From contig MU004234.1 of the NCBI GenBank assembly GCA_010405405.1, positions 2,515,697-2,579,696 on the forward strand: DNA of 64,000 nucleotides, read 5' to 3'. Position 1 is the first letter of the stretch. Every line of letters begins with the position of its first letter. Source of the stretch: Microthyrium microscopicum. Lineage: Eukaryota. The notes below the pieces were generated by a model. That model worked only from the letters and a program-made list of their open reading frames with translations. It ran no database searches and was not told where the DNA came from. This document shows, piece after piece, positions 1 through 13,952 of the stretch. Made by a program: the position numbers and the translations under genes.

Positions 1-343
1 GAGGAAATTATTAAATACTATTTTAAGGAATATTTAACTAATTAAGAAATACTATAATAGCTTACTTACTAAGGTTTTCTAGATATTATAAAGGTAATAA
101 TTATAAAGGCTTATTTTTAACTTAGTCTTTATTATAGAGTTAATAACTTTATTAAGTAAGAGAGAATATAAATTCGTCTTTATATATTAATTTACTAAGA
201 ACTTACTAGAGGAACTACTAAAGATTATAACTACTATTATTTAGTAATTTATCTTCTCTAAGCTAAGATAATAGTTTCTATATATAAGGTTTAAGAAGTA
301 TACTAATAAGTAGATCTAATAAGTATAGTAAGGTAGAAATAGG
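1..343 (+). pseudogene. 5' part of a RIP-inactivated integrase-core (IS3/IS481-like) DNA transposase with Clr5-like/HTH N-terminus
   Basis: De-RIP reading gives EEIIEHYFKEHLTDQEIL...DYGRRHL...VDPVGVARRKR. The frame continues at 7907 once the Gypsy element and one ATAGG copy are removed. Confidence 0.75.
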
Positions 344-505
344 TGTTATAGATTAGATAACGAAGAGACAAGTTATATTATAAGCCTACTAAATAGAAAG
401 GTAACTTAGAGAGAAAGAAGAGTTAAGAGACTCTTTAATTAAGGTGTTTATATATAATAGGGGTAGCCTAAATAAGTATAGCTTTAGGGGGTTTAACCCT
501 TAATA
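344..505 (-). repeat. 3' LTR of Gypsy A
   Basis: Direct repeat of 7740-7901; starts TGTTA; a pyrimidine run (PPT on the minus strand) follows at 506-520. Confidence 0.95.
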
Positions 506-1034
506 TTACTCCTTCTATCTAAAAAATTCTAGCTAAAATACTAAGTTAATTATAAAATCCTAATCTTATCTAGCTATATCTAATGCTTACTATTCTTATA
601 GTTTACGATAAAGCTTCTATTTATAATATATAGATCTATGTATTTACTTTTAGGTATAAAATATAAAGCTTAGATTATTAACTATTAGTTCTATACTAGT
701 ATTTTATCTATTTTAGACTAAATTCTAGGTATAAGGCCTCTTTCTTAGCATATAATATTAGTTCTTTTTAATTATAATTCTATAAAGGTTACTTAATTAG
801 CAAGTCGTCTTATTTATACTTAGTTAGAGCTCTATTATAATATTAAAGAATAAGATTAGAAGAATATAACTATAGTTAAGTTATTATACTTTTGTCTATA
901 TATTTAGAGGGTATAAAGTAATATTATTCTATAGAGTTAACTATTCTTCCTTTATTATACTTTAAATAAACTTCTTCTCTTTTAATTAGTCTTTATTAAG
1001 TTTCTTCTTCCTTGCTTAATTAATTAATTAATTA

Positions 1035-1955
1035 ATTAAGTAAGTTATTTATTATAGTGGCTATAGCCTTACTAATTATATAGAGATAGCTACCTTAATT
1101 ATTAACGCTTTTAATAATACTATTAGCTTTAACGGTTATATCCTTATTACTATTACTCCTCCTTATATATATGTTATTAACTATAATACTCCTTAACCTT
1201 ATTTGCCTACTATATATAAGGTAGCTATACGTAAGGCCTACTAAAATAATATAAATAAGAGCCTTTACCTTCTTAACTAAGTCCTACTTTATTACTAAAA
1301 TAATATTATTTATAACCCTTATTTCTATCTACTAACTACTCTCTAATATAAGAAAGTATATATAGTTATTAACTACTATAATCTATAAAACTATACTTTA
1401 TTTAAAATACTTTATATTAATTAGACTATACGTACTTCTTTAGCTTTTCTTAATTTATACTAATATATTTATAGAGTAAGGCCCTTTATACTATAGCTAA
1501 CTATTCTCCTAACTTCTCTAATAAGCGTCTTAACTTATTAAACGCCTCTTCTAAAGAATTTACTAATAATTTATAGCCTAATATTTATAGTATTATAATT
1601 TATTAGAGCTTCCTTAGTATAATTTAGTTAACTAGTAGCTAGGCTAGTTATCTTAAAGCCTTAGGTATTTATTATATAGATATCCTATAATTCCTTACTA
1701 AAAATAAGTAGAATAAGACTTATAAAGAGTAGCGTTATACTTATTATATTAGCTATTCTAATTTAAAGAATTAGCTATAATATATAGGTTGTATTTAGCT
1801 TTTAGGATTTTATAATAATATATATTTAAACTACGTCTATAATAATAATATTAGCTTAGGTAAGAAGTATCCTTATAATAATAAGAAGAAAGTTACTAAG
1901 AAGGATAAGAATTCTTTACTATTAATTATCTACTTTAGTCTTTCTATGCCTTAAA
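1035..1955 (+). pseudogene. Extra ORF antisense to gag-pol inside Gypsy A (RIP relic, probably spliced, unknown product)
   Basis: The plus-strand frame 1080-1355 has only five stops, all TAA (explainable as RIP of CAA). A GTATAT donor-like site at 1356 precedes a frame change, then a second protein-like frame runs to ~1955. Boundaries are approximate. Confidence 0.55.
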
Positions 1956-2099
1956 GTACTACTTAAGTTTATCTTCCTTAGTAGTAAGGGTTTATTAAGC
2001 GTGTCTTATTTCTTTAGTTTTCTTATATTTTTATAATTTTTTAGTTTTATTTAGTAGAAAAGAGAGTCTTAATATAAATAAAAGAAAGTATTTCTATAC

Positions 2100-5000
2100 G
2101 TAGGTTATAAATAGTACCTCTAATTATATTTCTATAGAGTTAATTACTATAATAAGAAGACTAGTTTTTAATCTTAATTATACTTAAAAAATAGACTAGT
2201 TTAGTACTAATCTTCTATAATTATTTTATACGTACTTTATCTTCTTTATTTACTTTATATAAGCTTCTAACTATTTAATAAAATTAATTAGTTCTTTTAT
2301 TATATCTAGATAACTTATCTACTTAATAATATAGACTATATAAAGTTTATTTTTTATTATCTTCTTATATTTTTTAGCTATAATCTTCTCTACTAGCTAC
2401 TCTTTTTATTCCTCTCTATCTAAGTTTTTAACTAAGATTAGTAGTAGATAAGAATTATTAGTATCTTAACTTAAGAATAGGTTATCTATTATTAGTCTAA
2501 GTAGATTAACGTAGAATTTCTTAGTTCTCTATAGTATATTTAATATAATTATATATAAGCTTATTATTTTTATAACTTAGAACTTAGAGTAATAGTAATT
2601 AAACTTCTTCTTTACTTATTTAGTCTTAGTATTCTTTAGGTTTAGCTAGACCTAATTACTAACTTTATACTTAGGCGTTTAGATCTTTATTTAATTAGCT
2701 TATTCCTATATCCTTTCTTAGGTAAGGGTTATAGTATCTTAAGCCTATTTTATAGCTTTTAAAATTATATAAGTAGCTTTTTTCTTCTTCTCTTTTAGAA
2801 TGTCTTTCTATTTAGATAAGGAAGCTTACTTAGGAAAGTTTAGAAAGGTAGAGTTTTTAAAGCTATAGAATAAAAAAAAGGATAAGAGTTCTATTATAGA
2901 TAAGTATTATAAGTTAAGTATAAGTTAAAGTATTAGTATTAGTAAGAACTAGTTTAATTATATATAATTTATATATATTTATACTTTAGCTTTAATATCT
3001 AAGTTTTATTATTCTATAAAGCTATCTATCTAGGAGTAAAATATAGTTAATAGCTATAGCTCTATCTATAGTAATATATAGAACTTTATCTAAAAGTCTC
3101 CTATAAATACTAAGTTATAATTATAAATAATTATATTAGGAATACTATAAAGGAAATAGATATATTATAAGAAAATAGCTATAACGTCTTTAGCTTCTTT
3201 CTAAGTAAGAAAGATTAAGATTACTTCTTTACTTAGCTAATTAGTAATAACTATTAAGATTATATATTTATTTAATAGAGAAAAGTTTATTATAAAATCT
3301 ATAGATAGTTTTTACTATTATTAGCTTAAGATAAGTAAAGGCTTTAGGAAGCCTCTTTTCTACTTATAACTAACCTTTAATTAGCTATATATACTATAAT
3401 TTCTTATAAAATGCCTTATATTAGCTATAATTCTAGGCTAGAAGAAGTATAGCTATAGAGCTTAGTAAGTATCTTTATAGCTAGAATAGCCTTAGGTTAA
3501 GGATATATAAGCTACTTATAGTATTACTATTTATAAAGATTCTAAATTTAGGATTTATAGTTATTCTCTTTAGTAAAGGTAATCCTTACTATTAATTAAG
3601 TAGTTAGAAATAAAGATTTTAATATTTATAATTAATAAGAAAAACTTTCATCTACTAGCTTTAATTATCTAATAAGCTACTTAATAGGTATTATTAGCCT
3701 ATACTACCTTATTCTACTAGGTTACTAATAGTTTAGAAACGTTTAGTATTAGTAGTAGTAAGCTAGAGATTAAAACTTTATTAGCTAATAGAGTTTCTAC
3801 TAATTTATTTTTAACTACTATAGAAAGGGTAGTAATATAGATAAATAAAGCTTATAGTAATTTAAGTAATTAATCTTCTTAGATATAAAGTAGTTAGAAA
3901 GTTCTAGCCTAAATCCTTTTATTAGCTATATTCTAAGGTATATTTTATTTATAATAAGAAAGATTATCTACTATGCTATTCTATAGGCCTAGTTAGTACT
4001 TAATTATTATATTATACTTTATAAGTTTAATAGATTATTAAATGTACTTTTCTATAAGCTTCTATAGTTTTATAAAATACTCTAGGTTTTTATAATTAAA
4101 TATTACTTTAAACTTCTCTATTACTTATAGCTTTAAGTCTTATTCTTCTAGAGTAAGTATAATTATAAGTATCTCTTTATTATAGATTAGGTAGTTACTT
4201 TAAGTAGAGTTATACTTTTTAGAAAAATAGACTATTAATTAAAACTTACCTATTTTATCCTTTTATATTAATATAGCTTCTAAAGAATAACTAAAAGAGT
4301 TAGTATAAATAAGAGTCTCTTTATTATAGTTAAATAAGACTAGTATTTAGTTAGTAGTAAAAAGCTATTTTAGCTTCTTAAATATAGCTCTTTCTAAGTC
4401 TTTAAATAAGAAAAGAATATCTTTCTAAATAAATTAAATAAGAGGTTCTATAATTATTTAAAAGTTTAGTATAAACTTATAATAGAAGTTAGCAAAGCTA
4501 AGAAAAGCTTAAACTCTATAAACGTTCTTAAGAGCCTTTTATTCTTAGATTGCTTTAACTTTAGCTAAGTCTATTAAGATTCCTTATTTAGCCTTAATAA
4601 TATAACTTAAATATATTATCTAAGTAGTTATAAATTTATACTTCTAAATATTAAGGTAGAGTTCTACTTTTTATAGCTACTTAAAGACTTTATAAATATA
4701 GGCTTTATATTACTTCTTAGTACCTAAGCTAAAGATTAAGACGTTATTTAAGTATATAAAAATATAGTTATCTAAGATATTTTAAAGAGTAGAGTTAATA
4801 AACCTTTAAAAGGTACTTAGAGTATTTAATAACCTAAATAGTATTACTATCTATTTAAATAAGCTATATTATATTTAAAAAGCTATTTTTTACTTATTAT
4901 CCTTATATATCTAAATCTTATAGAATACTTAAGATACGTCTAGCTTAGTAAACTATTATACCTTTCCTAAAGCGTTTAGTATCTTATAGATAAGTAGTAA

Positions 5001-7300
5001 GGAGTAATAGTCCTTTATAATTAACTTATTTAACGTATAGTAGTTATAATAAAACTAAATTAATCTATCTACTTTACGAATAAAGAGAACTAATACTCTA
5101 GTAAGTAAGTTACTTACTTAAATAAACCTACTTTCTAGTAGATTATTAAGGATTTTTCTAAGGGCTAGTAATTTATCTTAATTTATAAAGTATAATACCT
5201 ACTAAGGTAACTAAGGTTCCTTTCTATTAGCGTCTAGGATTAGGTTAATCTTATAGTCTATAGAAAGGCCTTAGATAAGTAGCTATTTATTAGTTAGCTT
5301 TCTTTAAAAAAAGTTAAGATAATCTAAATATTATTTAGGAAGCTTCCTATGAGGGTTAATATGCTTCTTTAAAATAAAAGCTTTTTATAAGTTATAAAGA
5401 CTTATAGTAAAGATTTATATAATTAGTATTAAGCCTTCTTAAGACTATCTTACCTACTTTTTAGCTTATTAAGTAAGTATCCTAAATACTATAGCCTTAA
5501 TTACTATATAGTTATATTTCTTTTAAGAAGTCTTTAGACTTATAACTATATAACTTATTTTATTAAAGACTAGCTTCTTAGGTTTTATATAAAGAATAAT
5601 ATCTTATTTCTTTATTTAAGGTAGACTAAGGATTATATTATAGCTTAAGGTCTCTTTTACTATAAAAGCTTAAATAGTTTCTTTATAGCCTTTAATATTA
5701 ATCTTTATAATTACTATTTTATAAATTTCTTTAGCCTTACTATTTATCTTTTTAATAGAAATTACCTAAGGTAGCAATATATATTTAAGTTTACGTCTTT
5801 AGGCGAAGTAGAGACTTATAAGGAAATAGGTTAAGTAGCTACTATTAATAAAGCTTATATATAAAGAAAGTTAATTTACTATTAAAAGTATTAAAAAGGG
5901 CTCTATAACTATATTCTAAATAAAGAACTTCTAACGCTATTCTAAAATAATATTTTTATAATTTTCTAGCTTAGTATTATATCTTTAATCTAAGCTTACT
6001 AGTTTTCTAATTCTATATTAATAACGTTATATAGATTATTATAAGGATTATTATTTCTTAGCTAAGTAGTAGTAGCCCTTACTAGCTAGCTACTCTAGAA
6101 GATATTTAGAGCGTTAGTAGTATTAACCTAGAATCTACTAGTATTATTTTATAAGTATTTACCTCTAGTAGTATCTCCTCTATCTTATTCTTATTTATAG
6201 CTAGCCTAGCTATAAAAGGAATTCTAACTTTTAAATAACGCTTAGAGTGCTTATTTATAATCCTAAATCCTATAATTAGCTAAGCTATAGTAAAAATAAA
6301 GGTTATTTTACTTATAGTAGTTACGCTAAGCTTAGCTAGCTCTAACTTAGACGTCTTTTATTACGTCTAGGTCTTAATTCCTAGATAGTTAACTCTACTA
6401 AGTACTTATTTTAGTGCTTAGGCTTCTTAGGCTATAATAGCTTATATAAGCTTAAATTATTTAATCTTAGGTTTCTAAAGCTTCTTAGGTAAAGGTATCT
6501 AAATTATTAAGCTAGAGATAAATAATTAAAGTTATTTTAAGATTAGAATCTATAGTATTTTTTAAGAACTATATTTAGATAGGAGTAGCTTAAAATTATA
6601 CTCTAGTATAGATAAAATACTACTAAAACTTAGCCTAAAAGATTCTCTATTCTCTACCTTCTTATTAAATTCCTTAAAGGTTTACTAAAGCTTTTATTTT
6701 TTTATATAGGTTATAAAAGAGAAGGTCTATTTATTCTATAAACTTACTAAAACTTATAATACTATAGCTAGTAGGATTCTAAATCTAGGGAAGGACTTAT
6801 TAAGTAGTATCTTTTATAAGCTAATTAAATATATAGTAGATTTAGGTATAGTTATTTATGTAAATTTATTTATTAATATATAATTTTACTTTAATTATTT
6901 AGTAAAAACTAGAATAAAGAGTTAAGTCCTTATATAAATATTATTCTAGGTTTAAGAGAGCTAGTTAGAGGTTTTATAGTAGTAGTTAAAGTAGCTTATA
7001 TTAGGCGATTAGAGAATTTATTAAAGGAGGTAAAGAAGGAGCTACTAATTTAGCTATTATAATTAGAGTCTAAGAAAGATTAGCTTATAAAATTAGAAGA
7101 AGATAGTAGCTATAGTTAGAGATTTTTCTAGTAAAAAGTATAATTAGTATTAAAGAAAAAGTTATACTAAGTATTATAAATTCCTTCTAGAGTTATTCTT
7201 ATTCCTACTACTACTACTAGGTTAGTATCTTATAAGTAGTATTATTTACTTATTATATAAGAATCTTACTATTAGTATAAATATTAGTAAGCTATTTATT
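2100..7300 (-). pseudogene. gag-pol relic of Gypsy A (PR-RT-RNaseH-IN-chromodomain)
   Basis: Degenerate YLDD motif at ~4745, integrase-like region at ~2900-3550, chromodomain-like region at ~2130-2300. Boundaries are approximate. Confidence 0.8.
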
Positions 7301-7739
7301 CTAGCTATTAACTTAAGCCTAGAGTTTAGTATAGACTATTATAATCTATTATATATTCTCGTTTAATTATATATAAATTTTGCTAGTTAACTTATTTAGT
7401 TATTATAAAGCTTATCTATAACTAATAGTAGTTATATATAATTATAAGATAAATAAATTAAGCATATTATTAAGTAGTAAAATACTATCTATTACTTATT
7501 ATAAGCTATTATTAGTTACTTTCTAGAATGCGTCTAAGTAGTTCTATAGCTCTATCTATTATTAGTTAATATACGTAAAGTACATTTCTACGTTCTTATA
7601 AGTAAAGCCCTTAAAAGACGTTTCTTTATCCTATCTAGTAGTTATTAGGCAAGAAGGATCTTAGTCTATTATTCTAGCTATTTATTAACGAATAGAGAGA
7701 AAGTAGGTAAAAAGAGGGGTTAGTTTTAAAGTTACCTAA

Positions 7740-7901
7740 TATTATAAGTTAGATAATGAAGAGACAAGTTATATTATAAGCCTACTAAATAAGAAGGTAA
7801 CTTAGAGAGAAAGAAGAGTTAAGAGACTCTTTAATTAAGGTATTTATATATAATAGGGGTAGCCCAAACGGGTATAGCTTTAGGGAGTTTAACTCCTAAC
7901 A
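7740..7901 (-). repeat. 5' LTR of Gypsy A
   Basis: Direct repeat of 344-505; ends TAACA and is followed by TSD ATAGG. Confidence 0.95.
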
Positions 7902-7906
7902 ATAGG

Positions 7907-8950
7907 ACTTATAATACTATTATAGGAAATATTAAGTATTTAGACCTAATTACGTTTAGTCTATAAATAGTTATAATAAGTTAAAACCTTTTAGATTCTA
8001 GATCTATATTACTATTAATATATACTCTTATAAGATTATATAGATCTATATTAGCATTTTTAATAGTATAGTAATAAGTTACGTTTACTAGTACATTAAA
8101 ACTATTTAGGCTAAAGGATATACTTTAAAGTAGATTTAGTCTAATTAAGGTATTAAAACTATTATAATAGCTAATTACTATTATAAAATTTATAAGCGCT
8201 AGAGTAGTAATAACCTTTTTAACTTTCTTTATTACTAGATATATAGAATAAGCATAGTAAACTAGCAAATTAAGATATAATAAAACTAGCTTACTACTTA
8301 AACTCTTTATTAATTTATTATATAATATAAAGTACTACTTATACTAATAGTTACTAATATCCTAATAATAGTTTTTTATAAAACTTATTAACTAACGTAG
8401 TTTTAATTTAGGAAAGTTAGTAGATAGAATTACTTTACTTACTATCTATATACTACTAATTTAAAAGGATATTAATAAGTTTTAATATACTTAAAATGCT
8501 TATAAAATTTAACCTTAAGGAGCTAAGCCTAATATTAAAAATAGTAGACTAAACTTCCTTTATAATATTATTACTCTTAACTATTTAGATTAGAGTATAC
8601 CTCTTAAGAAAGAAATATTTAAGGACTTAGAACTATTATTATTATATTAAAATATAGATATATACTTATTTACTAAAATACTAGCTTAGTACGAATTAAA
8701 ATTTTAAGCTATAGGTTTTAATAGAAATTTAACTCTAATATTTAATACTAAGAATATAATAGCGCCCTAGGTAAGAGTCTATAATAAGTTTTAAATAATA
8801 GTTTAGGCTTATATTATAAGTAAGGTAAGTCTAAAACTTAGCTAACTACTAATACTAATTAGAGCTATTAAATAAATAGCAAAAATAGAATAATTAATAG
8901 CTTTAAACGAAATTCTTATAAGAATATATCTAGAACTAGTAGCTAAAGAA
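7907..8950 (+). pseudogene. 3' part of the integrase-core (IS3/IS481-like, IS3EU-type) transposase
   Basis: De-RIP reading gives VPGPNYVWSIDGHDKLKPFGFQIYAAIDAYSRKIMWIYVGISN...IRSDRGVET...YGTSTANQRIETWWNQL, then an intron-like gap at ~8332-8371, then DRIALLAIYMP...WNAHKIRPQ. This matches the motif series of fungal integrase-core transposases. Confidence 0.85.
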
Positions 8951-9499
8951 AGTAAACTAAATTTTCTATTAAATATTAAATAGAGTAAATCTAGAGTACT
9001 TTAGTCTTATATATAATATAGTTTTTTATTAAATTTTTTTATAAATACGTAATAGGCTTAATAAAAATACTTTCTTTTATATATAATTAGATAGATAAGG
9101 TAAAAAGTCTACTCTTTCTATATAGTATTTATTACCTTTATATTATTAAATAAAGTATATAGTTAGATAATATATATAAAACTACGTAATAATTAGAAAT
9201 TAAATAATCTTTAAATATCTTTATTACTTCTAATATAATATCTTATCTAGATATAATAGGACGAATTTAGTATATATTTAGTAACTATAGTCTTAAGTTA
9301 TATATCGTTCTGCCCTAAGATAGGCTATAGTTATAGAGAAATAATAAGTTAATATTATAAAAAATATAGTTTTATTATTAGCGTTTAATAACTTATTATT
9401 ATATCTAGTACTAATAATAGTACATTAGATTTAACTAGTAATAATAATAATAATAAGTAATAATAATAGAATCTAGGATTTAATATTCTTACTTTCCTA

Positions 9500-11250
9500 A
9501 TAATAGCGCCTTATATTTTACTTATGCTAATAGATTTAGAATCCTTATAATATTACTAAATAATATTAATAGATAGGAATAGCGTAGTAAGAGTCTATAG
9601 TAATCTCTCTACTAACACTAAAGTAGTATAATAGGTAAGCTTAAATATAATACGCCTTATAGCTATTATAAGAATAATAGCTATAATACTTATAGTTCTT
9701 TCTTACTAATATATTTACTATAATAAATTAATTAATAAAGATAAATATATTGTTAAAAAATTTATTAGTAGCAAATATTTTAGTAAGTAGTAGAGCCTAT
9801 TTAAATAAACCTAGTTTAATTTATATTTAGCTTATTAATTTATAATACTTCTTCTAACCTTACTTATTCTAATACTTAATAAGACTAAGCCTCTTCTTAA
9901 CCTAAATATTATACTTAGCTTATAAATTTAAATATATATTTTAAATATAAACTAGAACTTAAAATAAGAAGCCTAAAGAAGTACCTCTTATTTCTTAGTA
10001 ACTTTAATTAAGAAGATAAACCCCTTTATTATTTTATCTAACGTAACTATAATAGCTTATTATACCTTAAAAGACCTTCTAAAAAAATATTTATAGAGAA
10101 AAGTAAATAGAAGTACTATAATAATATACTTAAGGTTTAAAAAAGTTAGTAATTATACTATTAATAATACTCTACTACTAGTAGAACTTAATATACTTAA
10201 AACTTTGCTTAATACCTCTAGAGTAATATTAACTTCTAAATAAATAGGCTAAGATAATAAAGCACTACGAGAGAGTAAAGCTGCTCCTTAAGGTTAAGAA
10301 GGCAAAACTAAAAAAAAGGTTAAGCTAGTAGTTAGTAATAATAATAAATTTATTAAGAAAGAAAAGGAGAAGCTTATTTCTTTTAATAATAATAATAAGT
10401 ATAAAGATAAGAATAAGGATAAGGATAATATATTACTAAAAGGAAGTACCTTATATAAATAGAATTAGTTAAGGACTTTAGACGTTATTTCTAACTATAG
10501 CTTTTAATAGAAGAAAAGTAAGAATAACCTTATAAATAATACGTAATTATAAGGCTATTATTACTCTTCTTTACTTTAAATTTAAGGCTTTTCTCTTTCT
10601 TTTATACTCTTAATATACTTTATATTTTACTTTAGTTCTAATATAAAAGTATATAGGTTATACTATTTTTTTTCCTTTATTATTTACTATAACTCTATAT
10701 TTAAGTCTAGCTTTTAAACTTTAGTTTTTTTATTTACTTAAAGGACTATTAATTAACTATTATATAGACTTAATTATATTTAACTATAAAGACTTTGCTA
10801 TTAGCTAGTAACTATTATAAAGCGCTACTAATATTATAGCTTTTTAACGTTCTTAGCGTCTCTTAGAAGAACTTATACTTTTTTCTAATATTTAAAATAA
10901 CTTTATAGGCTTGTTAGTGCCTAATAATAAAGTATATAAAGGACTTAAAGCTTATTAGCTAGACCTTAGAATTTATAAGTAGTTTATTAACTTATAGGTT
11001 AAACCTAAATAAACGTTAGTAAGTATAATAATTACTATAATTTATTAAGTAGAAGTTATAAAATATAGTATAGAAAACTACTATATAAAGATAAAATAGT
11101 TAAGAAATAAGCTTAAGGAATTTATATAATATTACTATAAATATTACTAGAACTAGAACTACTAACTAAAAATTAAATTAATTAAAAGCTATATTAAACT
11201 ATAAATCTAGAGGTTAAGGAAGTTAGAAGTTAAGTATTAATATAATCTTA
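9500..11250 (+). pseudogene. RIP relic of unidentified coding sequence
   Basis: Protein-like frames at ~10200-10500 (AAT/GAT/AAG run consistent with a former D/E-rich tract) and ~10770-11250. No family recognised. Confidence 0.35.
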
Positions 11251-11559
11251 TAAAAAATTAGTTATGTTTCTATTTAATACTATTAGCTACTTATTAGGAT
11301 ATATAATAATAGTCATTAAGCTTTAATATTAATTTTAATAGACTTTCTTAGGCTATTAGTTTATAGAGAAGTTATAGTCTCCTTTAAAATAAATATAATA
11401 TTAGTTAGTAGGAAATAACTTAAGAAAGGTTAATAAAGTTAATTATTAGGCCGCTAAATACTTAAGAGTAAAGGTAGTAAGCCTTTTAATATCTAGACTA
11501 TATACTTTTAAGACTCTCTAATTAGGAGTAACTTTATTTTTTTCCTTATATATAATATA

Positions 11560-12995
11560 GTTATTTATATCCTTATTATTAAATTTATAATAGCGCTTTA
11601 ATAACCTCTTACTATTATACTTACAAAGAGAATAACCTTTATTAAAGTTAACCTCCTAAACTAATTACTTATTCTCTTCTTATTCTTTCTTAATCTTTAC
11701 TTTATTTATCTCTTTTAAAGCTCTTAAAGATATATTAATTTTTTTAGCGTTATTTAAAATATAAATAGGCTAGTAATACTCTTTTTGTTTAATACTATTT
11801 ATCTAAATAAAGCTTACCTTAGCCTTACTTATACTTTTAAGAATTCTTCTTACTTACTTATATAATCTCTATAGTCTACCTTAAAAGCGTATTAATAATA
11901 TTAATATATCCTTACCTTTTAGAAGATTTAAGTTACTAAACTTAACTAATAAGCTTATTATATTACTATTATAATTTATATATATCTTTATCTCTTCTAC
12001 TTTTAAATATACCTTAAAAATATCTAACTTCTCTTTACTATTTATATAGCACTAAAGGTCCTTATAGAAGAGCTTTAGGTAAGATTCTTTAATTTAATAT
12101 TATATTATATTAATTTATATTTAGTTATTAGTATTATATTAAGGACTTAATTAAATTTATAACTCTTAGAGTAAATATTATTAAGATAATATATAGGATA
12201 AAATAAAGCTTATAAATTCTTAGCTACTCCTTAGTAAACTAAGAGAGTAGTTAGGAACGTATAAGCTTTATTTATTTTAAGGACTTTTTAGCTAAATCCT
12301 TCTATATTAGAATATTTTATAAAGTAGTAACTTTAATTATAAAATAAGATCTAGAAAAAGTTATACCTATATTAACTTATAATTTTAATCTATCTTTTAT
12401 CTTAGATAATATATTACTAAAAGGTATACTATACTAAAAGAGGGTTAAATTTAACTTATATATACTTTCCCTAGTATTTTTAAGTCTTTATTTTTTAATA
12501 TTAAACCTTAACTACTTTTTAAGTAAATTAAGAAAATAATTAGGGTCTAATATAGCTTTAGAGGAGCTAATGCCTACCTAAATTAGGATTTTTGTTAGTC
12601 TATTATTAAGTTAGTATTATTTTTAATTATAAGTAGAAGTAAATAAATTCTTATATATTAGTTATCTTATTACTAATATATATTTCTTCTATATAAAGTA
12701 TTACCTTAATTAATAATATAGTAGGTAAGGATCTAGTACTTTATTAATATATATATAATAAAGTTCTTAATAAAGATATACTATTACGTTAGATATAACT
12801 ATCTTTCTAAAAAGAAGTACTATTAGCTATACTTTAATTAATACCTATAATATATACCTAAGTTTATAATTAGCTTTAACTTATTAATATAATACTATCC
12901 TTATAGATAGAAAACTTCCTAAAAAGATAAAAGAACTAAATATATAATAAGTACCTAAAGTAAGTAAAGTAGTATACTTACTTTACTATTTTAGG
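11560..12995 (-). pseudogene. RIP relic of an unidentified intron-containing gene whose 5' end lies at the Gypsy B insertion site
   Basis: Long minus-strand frame with stops mostly explainable as CAA/CAG/TGG. GTAAGT donor at ~12981 and a CTAAT...TAG intron at ~12808-12856. Confidence 0.4.
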
Positions 12996-13000
12996 CGTAG

Positions 13001-13268
13001 TGTTAGAAACAGGTCGTTCTAAGTAAGTAAAGACTATAATTATTATAGTTTAAGTAGACACATAAAAATAGAGACGAGAGTAATTACTAGAGAGTTACTT
13101 AGACCTTTATAATCCCTCTTTTTTATTACCTAGAGCTATAAGGACTTTACTAAGCTATCTATATTTATAATAGATTATTATTAGTTAACTTAACTAATAA
13201 TACTTTATTCTATATAGATGTATCTTATTAATAGTTATCTTAAACTAAAGGTATCCTAGTTCTTAATA
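13001..13268 (-). repeat. 3' LTR of Gypsy B
   Basis: Direct repeat of 21512-21779; starts TGTTAG. Confidence 0.95.
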
Positions 13269-13952
13269 TTATCCCTTTTCTTAAGGCTATTTATTTTAAA
13301 AAGTATATTTAAAGGTTTTAATAAATATTTCTTATACTTATATATAGCTTTTAACTATACTCTATTATACTAAGACTTAGAAGAGGATAAGGCTTAACTA
13401 AACGTATAGGATTAGGCTATTTATACCTTAAGGAGTCTTCTATAGCCTAGTAATATTCTTATTCTCTAGCTTTAGTATATTACTTATTTAAGATAAATAG
13501 CTTTCTATTTTTTATCTACTCTAAATAGATAGTTCTCTATTTTCTACTAGTCTTAAGCTATAATTAACTATATTAACTTAAACTTAAAGGAGTTTAGTTA
13601 TTAAGGTTTAATATATTAGTAAAATATTTAATAAGTAGTTAATAGCTCTATTAAGGTCTTAATTAGTTAATACTAGCTTTATTAGAGTTAAATTAACTTA
13701 TTTATAAATATAGCGTAGTATTACTATTTATATTTAATTAAATCTTATTAAAATACTACTAAATAGTTATTCTATATATAGTATAAGTTATCTAGTTATT
13801 AAAATATATATAGCTTAACTTAGTTAGTTATACTATATTAGATATACTAAATTTATATTAGTTTAATATAATTAGCTTTATAGTAGGTTAAGTAGCTATA
13901 ACTTATATATAAAACTACTCTATAAGCTTTATTTAGCTCTAGATTAGAGGTA

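Larger units (their letters stand above)
344..7901 (-). mobile_element. Full-length Ty3/Gypsy (chromovirus-type) LTR retrotransposon A, RIP-inactivated
   Basis: Matching 162-bp LTRs (TGTTA...TAAYA) at 344-505 and 7740-7901. TSD ATAGG at 339-343 and 7902-7906. Minus-strand RT motif at ~4730-4760 reads FIYLNNVLIF (de-RIP YLDDVLIF). Domain order is RT-RNaseH-integrase. Confidence 0.95.
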
